Source: a virus (Duplodnaviria > Caudoviricetes). Taken from it: a stretch of DNA of 64,000 bases. Positions 28,457-36,584 of the stretch are shown here, one piece after another. Positions within the stretch are counted from its first letter, which is position 1, and each line of letters begins with the position of its first letter. The notes beneath the pieces were generated by a model. The model made no database searches. It was given only the letters and a program-made list of their open reading frames with translations, and was not told the origin of the DNA. The translations under genes and the position numbers were made by a program. Where the stretch lies: IMG/VR virus record IMGVR_UViG_650716086_000003, positions 4,081-68,080 of that record. One strand, given 5' to 3'.

Positions 28457-29624
28457 CGAAATGCCCTCCACTAACAGTTGAATTACCGCATACGCGGTGC
28501 CCGAGTATATCGTCAAAATCTCCGAGTAGATTGCGTCCAAGAAGATTGTCAGCCGCTTGCTTAACGGATTGCATACGATCTTCGGACGGCCTTCGGAGCG
28601 GCCGGTATTCGGTTACGTTCGAGCGTCCGCGCCAGATCACCCAAATCACGTCCATGAGCGGGCTCTTGCCTCGCTCTTTCTCAAGGAAGGACGGCCGCCA
28701 GGTGAGGGGGCACACATACGCAGGAGGGAATTTTTCGAACAACTCGACGCGGCTCGCCGCATGCCAGAACTGACTTTTGAGCAGCATGGCGACGTTCGGA
28801 GTGATCGAGAGCGCGTGCCCGATGAACTCGGTTGCGACCTTGAAAGGGGGGTTGGTGATGATCCATTCCGGCGAAATCAACTGCTTGGCCGTGAGAAAGT
28901 TCACACCGCCTGCAATGAAACTCGTCTTGCGGATGTCAGTCGACCAAACGTCGTGGCCGTTCACTTCCATGACGGCAGCCATGTCACCTTCGCCAGCGGC
29001 CGGTTCCCAAATGCTCGTACCTTCCGGCAGATTCAGGAAGTCGAGGAGAACCTGGGTGACGTTGTACGGGCTCGGATAGAAGTCGGCCGGCTTGCGTTCC
29101 CATTTCTGCTGCGAGCCGATGATGGCCGATGCTACTGTGTGCATTCCCATGTCCGACAACCCGTACTCTTTCAAAATTTGTCTAATTCTCGGTGGAGTCA
29201 CGCCGAAACGGCGCGCAAGTGCGCTCTTGTTCTCTCCGCCGCGGTAGAGATCGGCGATTTCCCGGTAGTCCTCTGGACCAAGCTTCGGGTGACCGTTTCC
29301 AAGGCGCGGCGATCGATTGCGGCCCTTGGCCACCATGTCGTCGATGTTCTCTTGACGGCTGCCGGGAATGAGGTGGTTCGGATTGCAGCAAACAGGGTTG
29401 TCGCAGGAATGCCGAACGTGTACTTCGCCGACGAACGGCCCCTGGAAGTATTCGCAAATGAGTGCGTGTGCTTCGCGAATCTGCCCATACTTGCCCCCGA
29501 CGCGGAAATGTCCGTATCCGCTTTTGTGGATTGAACCCTGCCAAGGCCAACACTCATGCTCGCCTCGAATTTCGACCTTCGCCCAAAACCGCTCAAGGTC
29601 GCTTTCTGTCAGTCGAATCCTCAT
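28440..29624 (-). CDS. HNH endonuclease + HTH fused in frame to an N6-adenine DNA methyltransferase
   Basis: CWPWQG...GYG...HSCDNPVCCNPNHL (HNH); SALARRFGVT (HTH); DFYPSP, WEPAAGEG and IITNPPF (MTase). Two FDDILG motifs near the C-terminus. Confidence 0.8.
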   Translation of the reverse strand: MRIRLTESDLERFWAKVEIRGEHECWPWQGSIHKSGYGHFRVGGKYGQIREAHALICEYFQGPFVGEVHVRHSCDNPVCCNPNHLIPGSRQENIDDMVAKGRNRSPRLGNGHPKLGPEDYREIADLYRGGENKSALARRFGVTPPRIRQILKEYGLSDMGMHTVASAIIGSQQKWERKPADFYPSPYNVTQVLLDFLNLPEGTSIWEPAAGEGDMAAVMEVNGHDVWSTDIRKTSFIAGGVNFLTAKQLISPEWIITNPPFKVATEFIGHALSITPNVAMLLKSQFWHAASRVELFEKFPPAYVCPLTWRPSFLEKERGKSPLMDVIWVIWRGRSNVTEYRPLRRPSEDRMQSVKQAADNLLGRNLLGDFDDILGHRVCGNSTVSGGHFDDILG

Positions 29625-29950
29625 CCGAGGATGTCATCAAATTCACACGCAGCCGTCATAGGCTCGGCCGCGATCACGTTGGATTCGAGCAGGCGCATCA
29701 GCCGCTCGGAAGCAGGCACTGTCGCATCTGCACACTGGTCGACCACAGCCGTGCTCACATCACGGAGCAACGCCACGCGCGGACCCTCACCATCTCGGTC
29801 GGCATAGACCGTAATGCCGTACCAGGCGCCGGAAACTACAGCGCGATCAATCAGTTCGGCTAACGAACAACCACCTAGTGCAGCGATCGAGTGTTCGACA
29901 CCCGCAGGTTCCATTTTCAGGCTGTCAACTGTCGAAAGTGGCATAGTCAA
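29621..29950 (-). CDS. Hypothetical protein ending in CEFDDILG
   Basis: 109 aa, ATGA-coupled. Confidence 0.65.
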   Translation of the reverse strand: MTMPLSTVDSLKMEPAGVEHSIAALGGCSLAELIDRAVVSGAWYGITVYADRDGEGPRVALLRDVSTAVVDQCADATVPASERLMRLLESNVIAAEPMTAACEFDDILG

Positions 29951-30255
29951 CCCCCGAAAATATCATCAAAATCACCGGATAGTTGAACCGGTGGACACGG
30001 CTTCGCCGTCCGCCGTCTCTGCTTCTTTCTCGGTTCTGGTTCCTCGATCGGCGGCATGTCTTCGGTTCGCAATTCGGGCGGCAGGTATTTCGTTGCGTCT
30101 GCAATGACCGTGTCCAGGTCGGCCCCGTCAGCATGATCGCGGACGATAGCCATGTTCACCTGCCAGATCGCCGCAATCGCTTCATGCGCCACCTGCAGTT
30201 GGCTGCGCAGATACGCGTAAACCACCTGTTTTTCGACCTCATTGCTCATGATCAA
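29947..30255 (-). CDS. Hypothetical protein ending in GDFDDIFGG
   Basis: 102 aa, coupled. Confidence 0.65.
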   Translation of the reverse strand: MIMSNEVEKQVVYAYLRSQLQVAHEAIAAIWQVNMAIVRDHADGADLDTVIADATKYLPPELRTEDMPPIEEPEPRKKQRRRTAKPCPPVQLSGDFDDIFGG

Positions 30256-30256
30256 A

Positions 30257-30499
30257 TCAGCCTAGAATATCGAGGAAGTCGTCAGCGACCGCAGCATTGA
30301 TCGCGGCTGCCATCGTCGGCCCGCGGCCACGTCTCACGTGTACCGTCCGCGCCTTGGTCTGGACGAACGGCAAATCGTACTGGCGGCGCAAACTGCACTG
30401 CCACTGATCGCCGGAGTCCTGGCAAAGCCACGAGACGTACATTCCGCGCTCGCGCATGTGCTGAAGTGCTTTCACCAGTTCTTCAGCATCTTCCCTCAT
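30257..30499 (-). CDS. Hypothetical protein ending in DDFLDILG
   Basis: 80 aa, coupled. Confidence 0.65.
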   Translation of the reverse strand: MREDAEELVKALQHMRERGMYVSWLCQDSGDQWQCSLRRQYDLPFVQTKARTVHVRRGRGPTMAAAINAAVADDFLDILG

Positions 30500-30711
30500 C
30501 AGAGCACACCGTTGAGGAAGTTGATGCCGCGCGGAGTGATGACGAGCGTGCCGGTGTTACCGTTGTCGAACTTACGCGCCCATTTGGCATGGCCGACGCT
30601 GACCAGAACACTGGCCGGTCCATACGACACGGACTTGAAAACACCCTTTTCGCCGGCACGCTTCAGTTCGTCGAGCAGAGCCCGTTGAGGCATAGAGAGC
30701 TTGATCGACAT
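30499..30711 (-). CDS. Hypothetical small basic protein
   Basis: 70 aa, coupled on both sides. Confidence 0.6.
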   Translation of the reverse strand: MSIKLSMPQRALLDELKRAGEKGVFKSVSYGPASVLVSVGHAKWARKFDNGNTGTLVITPRGINFLNGVL

Positions 30712-31016
30712 CAGACATCGTCCTCGTCGACTTCATCAGCGATCGGCGCCATGCCGAGGGCGATGAGATAGGTGTTCAGGATGCTCTCGAACTCGGTAAG
30801 CTCGTCGCCGTCCTTCTTGCGGCGAGCGAGCACGGCCCGAATGACCTTTGTGTCGAAACCCATCGACTTGGCTTCTCCGAACACATCTTTGATGTCGTCG
30901 GCGATCGTCTTCTTCTCTTCCTCCAAGCGCTCAATACGCTCGATGAAAGCTCGAAGTTGATCGCGAGCGATGCCGTGTGCGTCAGTGCCGCTACTGTTAT
31001 GCCCGATAGTTGCCAT
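30711..31016 (-). CDS. gapR: GapR/DUF2312 family nucleoid-associated protein
   Basis: [42 protein letters not shown]...RK matches the family signature. Start set at MATIGH. Confidence 0.9.
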   Translation of the reverse strand: MATIGHNSSGTDAHGIARDQLRAFIERIERLEEEKKTIADDIKDVFGEAKSMGFDTKVIRAVLARRKKDGDELTEFESILNTYLIALGMAPIADEVDEDDV

Positions 31017-31257
31017 TGCCGCTTTTTCCCTTGATGTAGCTGACGACATCGGGCACCGAGCGCGCGCTCGTGACCAGTTCGTCGTCGATATCGATGTTGA
31101 ATTCCTCTTCGAGCAGGATGACCATTTCGACGGCATCGAGACTGTCGAGTTCAAGCTGCTCAAAGGTGCTATCCGGCTGGATTCGTTCTGCCGGAAAGTG
31201 CTGGCAGTTCACCAGGGTGAGTTTCACCCGCTCGAAGATGTCCTGCTCAAGCTGCAT
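30997..31257 (-). CDS. Acyl carrier protein homolog
   Basis: 86 aa acidic protein with [26 protein letters not shown]; the phosphopantetheine Ser in DSLD is intact. Confidence 0.9.
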   Translation of the reverse strand: MQLEQDIFERVKLTLVNCQHFPAERIQPDSTFEQLELDSLDAVEMVILLEEEFNIDIDDELVTSARSVPDVVSYIKGKSGNGNYRA

Positions 31258-31396
31258 CTTTCGTCTCCGTGGAGCGTGGCAACCGGGGCGAACGCTTGCG
31301 GTTCAGGGTGGTCAGGAACCGACGCGAAAGCGCGGTCTCAACGGCATCCTGCGCCGCGCGATCTACCTCTTCCTCGGTGATCTGGCGGTATTCCAT
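31247..31396 (-). CDS. Small hypothetical protein (49 aa, not in ORF track)
   Basis: GGAGG RBS, MEYRQITEEEV...KDAA; the stop overlaps the ACP start. Confidence 0.55.
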   Translation of the reverse strand: MEYRQITEEEVDRAAQDAVETALSRRFLTTLNRKRSPRLPRSTETKDAA

Positions 31397-31441
31397 TTAC
31401 TGCCTCCAGTTGATTGAATCAACAATATGGTGAAAATGACT

Positions 31442-31984
31442 CTATTGCAATAGCCCGCGGTAGGCCAAAACGCCTATTTCCAGCAAAAATTTCGAGCATT
31501 CTTGCCGTAGATCGTCGAGCGTGCCGTTGTTCCGGATCACGTGGTCGTAAAACCTCTCGCGCCAGGTTCCGGTGTCTGATGCGTTGCTGGTCACGTTCTC
31601 GGCACGATCGGCGTCGATGTAGACCTTCCTAACCGGCCACGGGGTCATGGCGGCCAACTTCTCGATCAAAGCAGGCTCGCGCATGTGCAGGAAAAACACG
31701 TCAACGCCGGCCGCGAATGCCACGTTGATCTGCACGGTGCATTTCTCGGTGCGGAAACTGTAATAACGTTCGAGCGTGTCGCCGATCTCAGACAGCGCCG
31801 CGCGGTCGTTTTCCGTCTTTGCGGTCGTGTCGATACCGAGGCTATGGAGAGCACTTCGAACAGGATCGATCGACGAGAATTCGTGCGTCTCCAATTCCTC
31901 ACGCGCACACGCCTGCTTCATGAACTCAATGCTGGTGTCCTTGCCGGCGCGCGGCTTGCCGTTGACGACGATGACGGTTTTCAT
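31442..31984 (-). CDS. P-loop deoxynucleoside monophosphate kinase-like protein
   Basis: VIVVNGKPRAGKDT Walker A; C-terminal DHVIRNNGTLDDL typical of phage dNMP kinases. Confidence 0.72.
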   Translation of the reverse strand: MKTVIVVNGKPRAGKDTSIEFMKQACAREELETHEFSSIDPVRSALHSLGIDTTAKTENDRAALSEIGDTLERYYSFRTEKCTVQINVAFAAGVDVFFLHMREPALIEKLAAMTPWPVRKVYIDADRAENVTSNASDTGTWRERFYDHVIRNNGTLDDLRQECSKFLLEIGVLAYRGLLQ

Positions 31985-32262
31985 TTCGAATCCTCATTCT
32001 TGATGACCAGGCACGGCATGCGCTCAGGTCCGCGGAAGCCGTAGATGCGTTTGGGGAAGGCGTTCGGGCTCACACGCACGTGGATTGGTCGAGCGGCCGC
32101 GGCAACGATTTGCTTGGCCTTGTCTTCCTGTTCCGGCGTAACCCACAGAATGGTGGCACCGTTCAAAGGGTCGGCCATGGGCTCCGGACTGAAGGCGTCG
32201 AGCATGTCGAGCAGCGTTTGCTGAGTGAAGACTGGCGCTTCAGTCGTCGTGGAGGCGGTCAT
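31981..32262 (-). CDS. Hypothetical protein
   Basis: 93 aa, coupled. Confidence 0.55.
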   Translation of the reverse strand: MTASTTTEAPVFTQQTLLDMLDAFSPEPMADPLNGATILWVTPEQEDKAKQIVAAAARPIHVRVSPNAFPKRIYGFRGPERMPCLVIKNEDSK

Positions 32263-32540
32263 ATTATGGTTCCAGTCTTGGCAAGCCGGTAGTGCCCGAG
32301 CTTCGAGCGATCACCTTGAGCGCTTGGGATGGTCCAACGGGCTCGCGCGAGAGCACGCCGCAAATTCACGATCGTTTTGCGAATGTAATTGACGGCTTCA
32401 GGCGGCTCGCCATCCGGGTAGGCGACCTGCCGCAGATCCTCGACCGTCAAGCCGTTCGGATGTGCGGCCATGAGCGCGGAAAGAATCCGATACTGCGGGC
32501 CGTCAGGTCGGTTTCTGATGAGAAGGAGTAGATCGGGCAT
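32259..32540 (-). CDS. Stand-alone winged-helix (OmpR C-terminal-like) DNA-binding protein
   Basis: YRILSALM...LTVEDL...IRKTIVNLRRAL...GHYRL pattern. Confidence 0.6.
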   Translation of the reverse strand: MPDLLLLIRNRPDGPQYRILSALMAAHPNGLTVEDLRQVAYPDGEPPEAVNYIRKTIVNLRRALARARWTIPSAQGDRSKLGHYRLAKTGTII

Positions 32541-32548
32541 GTCCGCTC

Positions 32549-33094
32549 TCACGCATTCTCGGCGGCCGCAATGCGCTTCCAGGCGCGTTCGACAGCCATG
32601 TACGGCAGCTTCATTCTGGTGGCGCATTGGGTGATGCTGAACCGCCTGCTCATCAGGTCTTTCAGCGTGTCATCGTATTCAGGCTTCCAGCGGTGCGCTG
32701 AGCCCTGCTCACGGTAGCGGATACTGGCTTCCTTGATCTCGTTGGCCTGAGTGGCGTCGGCGCTGACAACGCGATAACCCTTGCCCCAAACGGTCTCGAT
32801 CACCATGCCGATCTCGGCGAGCAATGGGCGGATGTGGCAGATCCTGACATCGATAATCTTCATGTCCGGACCTTCGCCGGTCGGCCGCATGAAACAGCGG
32901 TCGTAGATCGCTTCCTTGGTGGCTACCCGCGGATAGGACTCGAGAAGGAACTGAGCCACCTCGAACTGTTGAGTGGTCAGCCGAACGCTCTTGACGCCGT
33001 TGGTGATGGTTTGGGAGATCGGATCAGCGAGGTAGGAAACACCTTCCACGACTTGACCGCAGCAAGGGCATTTCAGAGCGTTCGGGATGTCCAT
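32549..33094 (-). CDS. CtrA-like OmpR/PhoB winged-helix protein lacking a receiver domain, with N-terminal CPCC and C-terminal HTH
   Basis: VRLT...TKE...PDMKIIDVRICHIR.LLA...IETVWGKGY closely resembles the CtrA effector domain as recalled (PELKIIDVFICKLRKKL...IETVWGRGY). Confidence 0.8.
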   Translation of the reverse strand: MDIPNALKCPCCGQVVEGVSYLADPISQTITNGVKSVRLTTQQFEVAQFLLESYPRVATKEAIYDRCFMRPTGEGPDMKIIDVRICHIRPLLAEIGMVIETVWGKGYRVVSADATQANEIKEASIRYREQGSAHRWKPEYDDTLKDLMSRRFSITQCATRMKLPYMAVERAWKRIAAAENA

Positions 33095-33123
33095 TATTTT
33101 GATTTCCACATTTGGTTGAATTA

Positions 33124-33537
33124 TTAGGCAGCGAAACCGCGGACGCCGTGCTTGGCGAGAAGGTTCAGGGTCACCCGGAGTTCGTCGAAGTCTTTCACCC
33201 GCCGAACCGACGAGTGCCACTGCCAGGTGCCGTAGTCCTCGTGAGCACCGACGACGATCACCGTCTTATGGAGAGCTATCGCGGCGCCAGCTTCAACGAG
33301 AGCACCGCGCAGATGGTCGTTTCCGTCGGCGAAAACCACGCAGACATCGCAACGGCTGACATCCTCGATATCCTGCATCCAGAACCAGCGGGCGAAGGTA
33401 TCGGAATCAGGGATGTTGCCGCAGTGCTCGACCGGCCAACGCGAGACCCAATCGAACTCGGGCCACTCCTGGCGAAGCTGGCGCCACCATTCGGCATGTC
33501 GAAGTTTCGAGGCGGTGTAGATGCGAAGCCTGGTCAT
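33124..33537 (-). CDS. Nucleoside 2-deoxyribosyltransferase-like protein
   Basis: IYTAS..., DIEDVSRCDVCVVF and RGALVEAGAAIALHKTVIVVG pattern. Confidence 0.7.
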   Translation of the reverse strand: MTRLRIYTASKLRHAEWWRQLRQEWPEFDWVSRWPVEHCGNIPDSDTFARWFWMQDIEDVSRCDVCVVFADGNDHLRGALVEAGAAIALHKTVIVVGAHEDYGTWQWHSSVRRVKDFDELRVTLNLLAKHGVRGFAA

Positions 33538-33776
33538 TCACTTGCCTCCGGTTCCGAATCCAACTCAGTGATCGTCCATTCCCGCACATTCCCGCCGATC
33601 GGGAACGAATAAGCCTTGGCGCCGCAGAGCAGGGTTAGGATTCCAGTTTCACCCGCCTGCTTGGCGAGGTGCGGGGCGATGCCGGCGCCGGCCGTGATGC
33701 GATAGGTCTGAACAGTGCCATCGACGAAAACCACGTCGACATCGGAATGCCGCTTTGGATAATCGGACACGTTCAT
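33534..33776 (-). CDS. Hypothetical protein
   Basis: 80 aa from MNVSDY, coupled. Confidence 0.55.
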   Translation of the reverse strand: MNVSDYPKRHSDVDVVFVDGTVQTYRITAGAGIAPHLAKQAGETGILTLLCGAKAYSFPIGGNVREWTITELDSEPEASE

Positions 33777-34354
33777 TCCCCCGACCGATCGTGCTCGATG
33801 GCTTTGTCTTCGCTCATGGTCCGCCAATCCGGCCAGTTGCGAGCGAAGTTCTTGTCCTGCTTGCCCTGCAGGATGGTCATAGCGCGCTCCGGGCTGCCGC
33901 CGTGGCGCCAGTAGCCGTCCAGGGCGAGGATGACGATATCGAGCCATTCCATCAGGTCGTGCGGGTTCTTCCGGACTTCCTTCAGTTCCTTGCCGATATG
34001 GTCGCAGATGCCCTCGGTGCGGAAACCTGGTCCGAACGTGCGCAGGGACCATTCCCACTGCCGGCGAAGGTACGCGATCAGAGGGTTTTCCGGCTCAGGC
34101 TGTTGGGCGCGTCCCTGGTTCAACCCCTCCTGGTAAGCACGAAGGGCGGCGCCTCGCGCGATGAAAGCGGCGGTGTCTGCGATGTAATCGATCATCGATT
34201 TTCTCGCATCCCGTCCGTTGATAGCGTCGGCGGAGAGCAGTCTGCGTACTTCCGCGTCAATGGCGTCGACCATCGGCAGAGTGGTCTCGGCGGGAACAGC
34301 TTCCGCCTCGGCCTGCGCCTCGTCGAGCGCTTCATGATAAGTCTGGTATCCCAT
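33773..34354 (-). CDS. DUF550/MazG-like dNTP diphosphohydrolase domain protein
   Basis: RQWEWSLRTFGPG...DHIGKELKEV...EWLDIVILALDG..RHG...KQDKN.AR.WPDWR. Confidence 0.75.
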   Translation of the reverse strand: MGYQTYHEALDEAQAEAEAVPAETTLPMVDAIDAEVRRLLSADAINGRDARKSMIDYIADTAAFIARGAALRAYQEGLNQGRAQQPEPENPLIAYLRRQWEWSLRTFGPGFRTEGICDHIGKELKEVRKNPHDLMEWLDIVILALDGYWRHGGSPERAMTILQGKQDKNFARNWPDWRTMSEDKAIEHDRSGE

Positions 34355-34400
34355 GGGTCAGGGCTCCGAAATCAACAAAAAGGTGAATTGGTGGGCGCGA

Positions 34401-34688
34401 TTAAGCACCCACCTCGGCGGTAGCGGCGGCCTTCTTGGCGCGCGGCTTGCGGACCTTCACAGGGTCTGCCACCTTCTTCTCTATGACCAGGAGCTTGAGT
34501 TGGCCGGCAGCAAGCTGACGAGCGTAGCGCTTACGCTGGCGTTCTGAGGAATGCTGATGAGGCGTACACGTGTACCGGACGAAACTGCGGCCGCGGCGAA
34601 CATGCACTTGCCGCATCATGTCGCGATTCATCAGGATCTCTTCGCGCCGAGTTTCACGTTCTACCTGGCTAAGCTTTGAGGACTTCAT
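34401..34688 (-). CDS. Small basic hypothetical protein
   Basis: 95 aa, AAGGA RBS. Confidence 0.55.
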   Translation of the reverse strand: MKSSKLSQVERETRREEILMNRDMMRQVHVRRGRSFVRYTCTPHQHSSERQRKRYARQLAAGQLKLLVIEKKVADPVKVRKPRAKKAAATAEVGA

Positions 34689-34724
34689 TTCAGGGTTCCT
34701 TGTTTTCAGGGTGTTTGATGGAGA

Positions 34725-35183
34725 TCAGTTCAACGACTCGGGGAGATCGTTGGTGCGGAAGAGATCGCGGTTCGCCATCTGCGTTCGAGCGTTGTACTCG
34801 CCCACCATGGATGCCCGTTGACCTTCGAGCCCGAGAACGATGCTGCTCAGACGCGCGTGCTCCTGCTTGTCCTCGAACGTCCAGGCGGTGCGCGGACCTG
34901 CCGATGTTTCGAAACGCTCAAGAGCTTGGCGGGAAGCCACGAGACGAACGTCCATGGCTTTCACGTCCTGCACCTGGCGCTTGAACCATTCGTAGTTGGC
35001 CAGAACGTTGTCCGGATTGCTGACGCGGTTCACGATGCCGACGACGGATCGAGCCGGCGCCGTTATGATGGTGAGTACACCACCGACGAGTCCGAGACCG
35101 GCAACGATCACGAGGGCCGAAACGCCGAGCGCGAAGATCGTTCTGCGCGGCTTCTCTTCGAACCGTTTTTCCCAATTGGTCAT
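34725..35183 (-). CDS. Membrane-anchored coiled-coil protein
   Basis: N-terminal TM segment; C-terminal EYNAR..MANR.LF...LP. Confidence 0.65.
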   Translation of the reverse strand: MTNWEKRFEEKPRRTIFALGVSALVIVAGLGLVGGVLTIITAPARSVVGIVNRVSNPDNVLANYEWFKRQVQDVKAMDVRLVASRQALERFETSAGPRTAWTFEDKQEHARLSSIVLGLEGQRASMVGEYNARTQMANRDLFRTNDLPESLN

Positions 35184-35210
35184 TTTGAGATTCCTTATCG
35201 CCGGCAGCCG

Positions 35211-35741
35211 TCAGTTCGTGACGTTGCGAACCATCATAGGTTCCTGGTTGAGTTTCAGCGGCTGGTCGGAGAACAGGTAGTCGCCGGCCCACTCGACATA
35301 GGCGTTGGTGTCCGCGGTGAAGAAGAAAACACCGTCGGCGTTCTTGCCGTAAGCACCGTCATAGTCGGGCTGCTCAACCATGATGGCCGCACATTCCCCG
35401 CCGATGCACTCCGGATCATCTTCCGGCCGCTCACCGCCCATGAGGTATGCGTTCAACGATGAGACCTTGCCGCGGATCGGATAGGACGCCACAACGCGCC
35501 CGTAGCTGAGCAGATAGACGTAGCCGCTCATGTTCTGCTGATTGATGCGCTTCAGACGCTCGGCCAGGTTCTGCCGTTCGAGCGACGTGTCGAGCACTGG
35601 CGCCGGAATGGCGGTGATCAGGCGTTGCTGATTGGCTTCGACCGACTTGCGCTCCTGTTCGCTCGATGTCGGTTTTGCGGGCTGGCATGCGGCGAGCAGG
35701 AAGGCAGACGCCAGGAGCGGAATGAAGTATTTGCGGGACAT
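35211..35741 (-). CDS. Lipoprotein
   Basis: Signal peptide with LLAAC lipobox; GGAGA RBS. Confidence 0.72.
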   Translation of the reverse strand: MSRKYFIPLLASAFLLAACQPAKPTSSEQERKSVEANQQRLITAIPAPVLDTSLERQNLAERLKRINQQNMSGYVYLLSYGRVVASYPIRGKVSSLNAYLMGGERPEDDPECIGGECAAIMVEQPDYDGAYGKNADGVFFFTADTNAYVEWAGDYLFSDQPLKLNQEPMMVRNVTN

Positions 35742-35800
35742 TCAGGGTTTCTCCATTTCAGGGTGAGCACATCAACAGTTAGTTGAATATGAGGATTCGG

Positions 35801-35887
35801 TCAAGCGGTCAGATAGGCCAAAAGTAGCGCCATTGCTGGCAACGTGAGGACGCGCACGAGAGCGCGGACACTGAATTCCTGGGTCAC
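35801..35887 (-). CDS. 28-aa hydrophobic peptide (not in ORF track)
   Basis: GTG start overlapping the upstream TGA; MTQEFSVRALVRVLTLPAMALLLAYLTA. Confidence 0.4.
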   Translation of the reverse strand: MTQEFSVRALVRVLTLPAMALLLAYLTA

Positions 35888-36177
35888 CAAAGATCCTCCG
35901 AAAAGAGTTGCGTTGGATGCGTGTTGCGGATGGTTGGCTGATCAATCATCTCCACGACAAATTTCGCTTCGACGCGATTCAAGAAGTTTCCGTGATTGTC
36001 GATGAAACCTTGCTCGCATTCGAGCGCGGCCGTCTCGTGCATCTGACTCAGTGGCGTGAGAATGTCACCGTGGCGGCCCGGTGCCGGAACGTGAATGATG
36101 AGCGGTCCGAAATCCGGGCACTGCGGATCAGTTTTTGCCGGCAGGTACCGTACGGCTGCAGCTACGATTTTGCTCAC
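35884..36177 (-). CDS. Conserved phage hypothetical protein (QGF...LFSEDLW type)
   Basis: GGAGG RBS and GTG start; RHGDI...EQGFID..G.FL.R.EA...LFSEDLW. Confidence 0.65.
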   Translation of the reverse strand: MSKIVAAAVRYLPAKTDPQCPDFGPLIIHVPAPGRHGDILTPLSQMHETAALECEQGFIDNHGNFLNRVEAKFVVEMIDQPTIRNTHPTQLFSEDLW

Positions 36178-36584
36178 CTGCGCCTCCCGAAAATGTAGGC
36201 GAGGGTGCTCATTGCCTTCCCTGCAACTTGCACGCCGAAAAAGCTTAGGAGAATGACACCCTGGTACTCGTTGAACGGACCGGGGAAAGCCGGCACACGC
36301 CAATCAATCCAGTTAAATGTTGTATCCAGGGCAACCGCCCATAAGTGCAGCACGAACGGCGCCGCGATCAGAAACGTGATCAGCCGCATCTCCCAAAAGC
36401 CAGCGGTCGCAAGCCTGATCTCCTTGGCGTTTTGCCTGACTGCGAGATCGGCCTCGACATGCTTGATCGCCACGTCGGCCGCGAGCTTCTGCGATGCGTT
36501 GTCGGCGGTCAGTTTCTTTTCGTAGAGACCGGTGAGCGTCCGGAAGATATTGCCGGTGAGTAGATTGACGATGGCGCCGATCAT
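36174..36584 (-). CDS. Holin-like membrane protein
   Basis: 136 aa: amphipathic N-terminus, then two TM segments ending in ILLSFFG...FGRRR. Confidence 0.55.
   Translation of the reverse strand: MIGAIVNLLTGNIFRTLTGLYEKKLTADNASQKLAADVAIKHVEADLAVRQNAKEIRLATAGFWEMRLITFLIAAPFVLHLWAVALDTTFNWIDWRVPAFPGPFNEYQGVILLSFFGVQVAGKAMSTLAYIFGRRR

Noticed and set aside
33124-34354. 2-aminoadenine (dZ) genome pathway suggested by DUF550
   Set aside because: No PurZ or DatZ-like HD phosphohydrolase is recognisable in the window.
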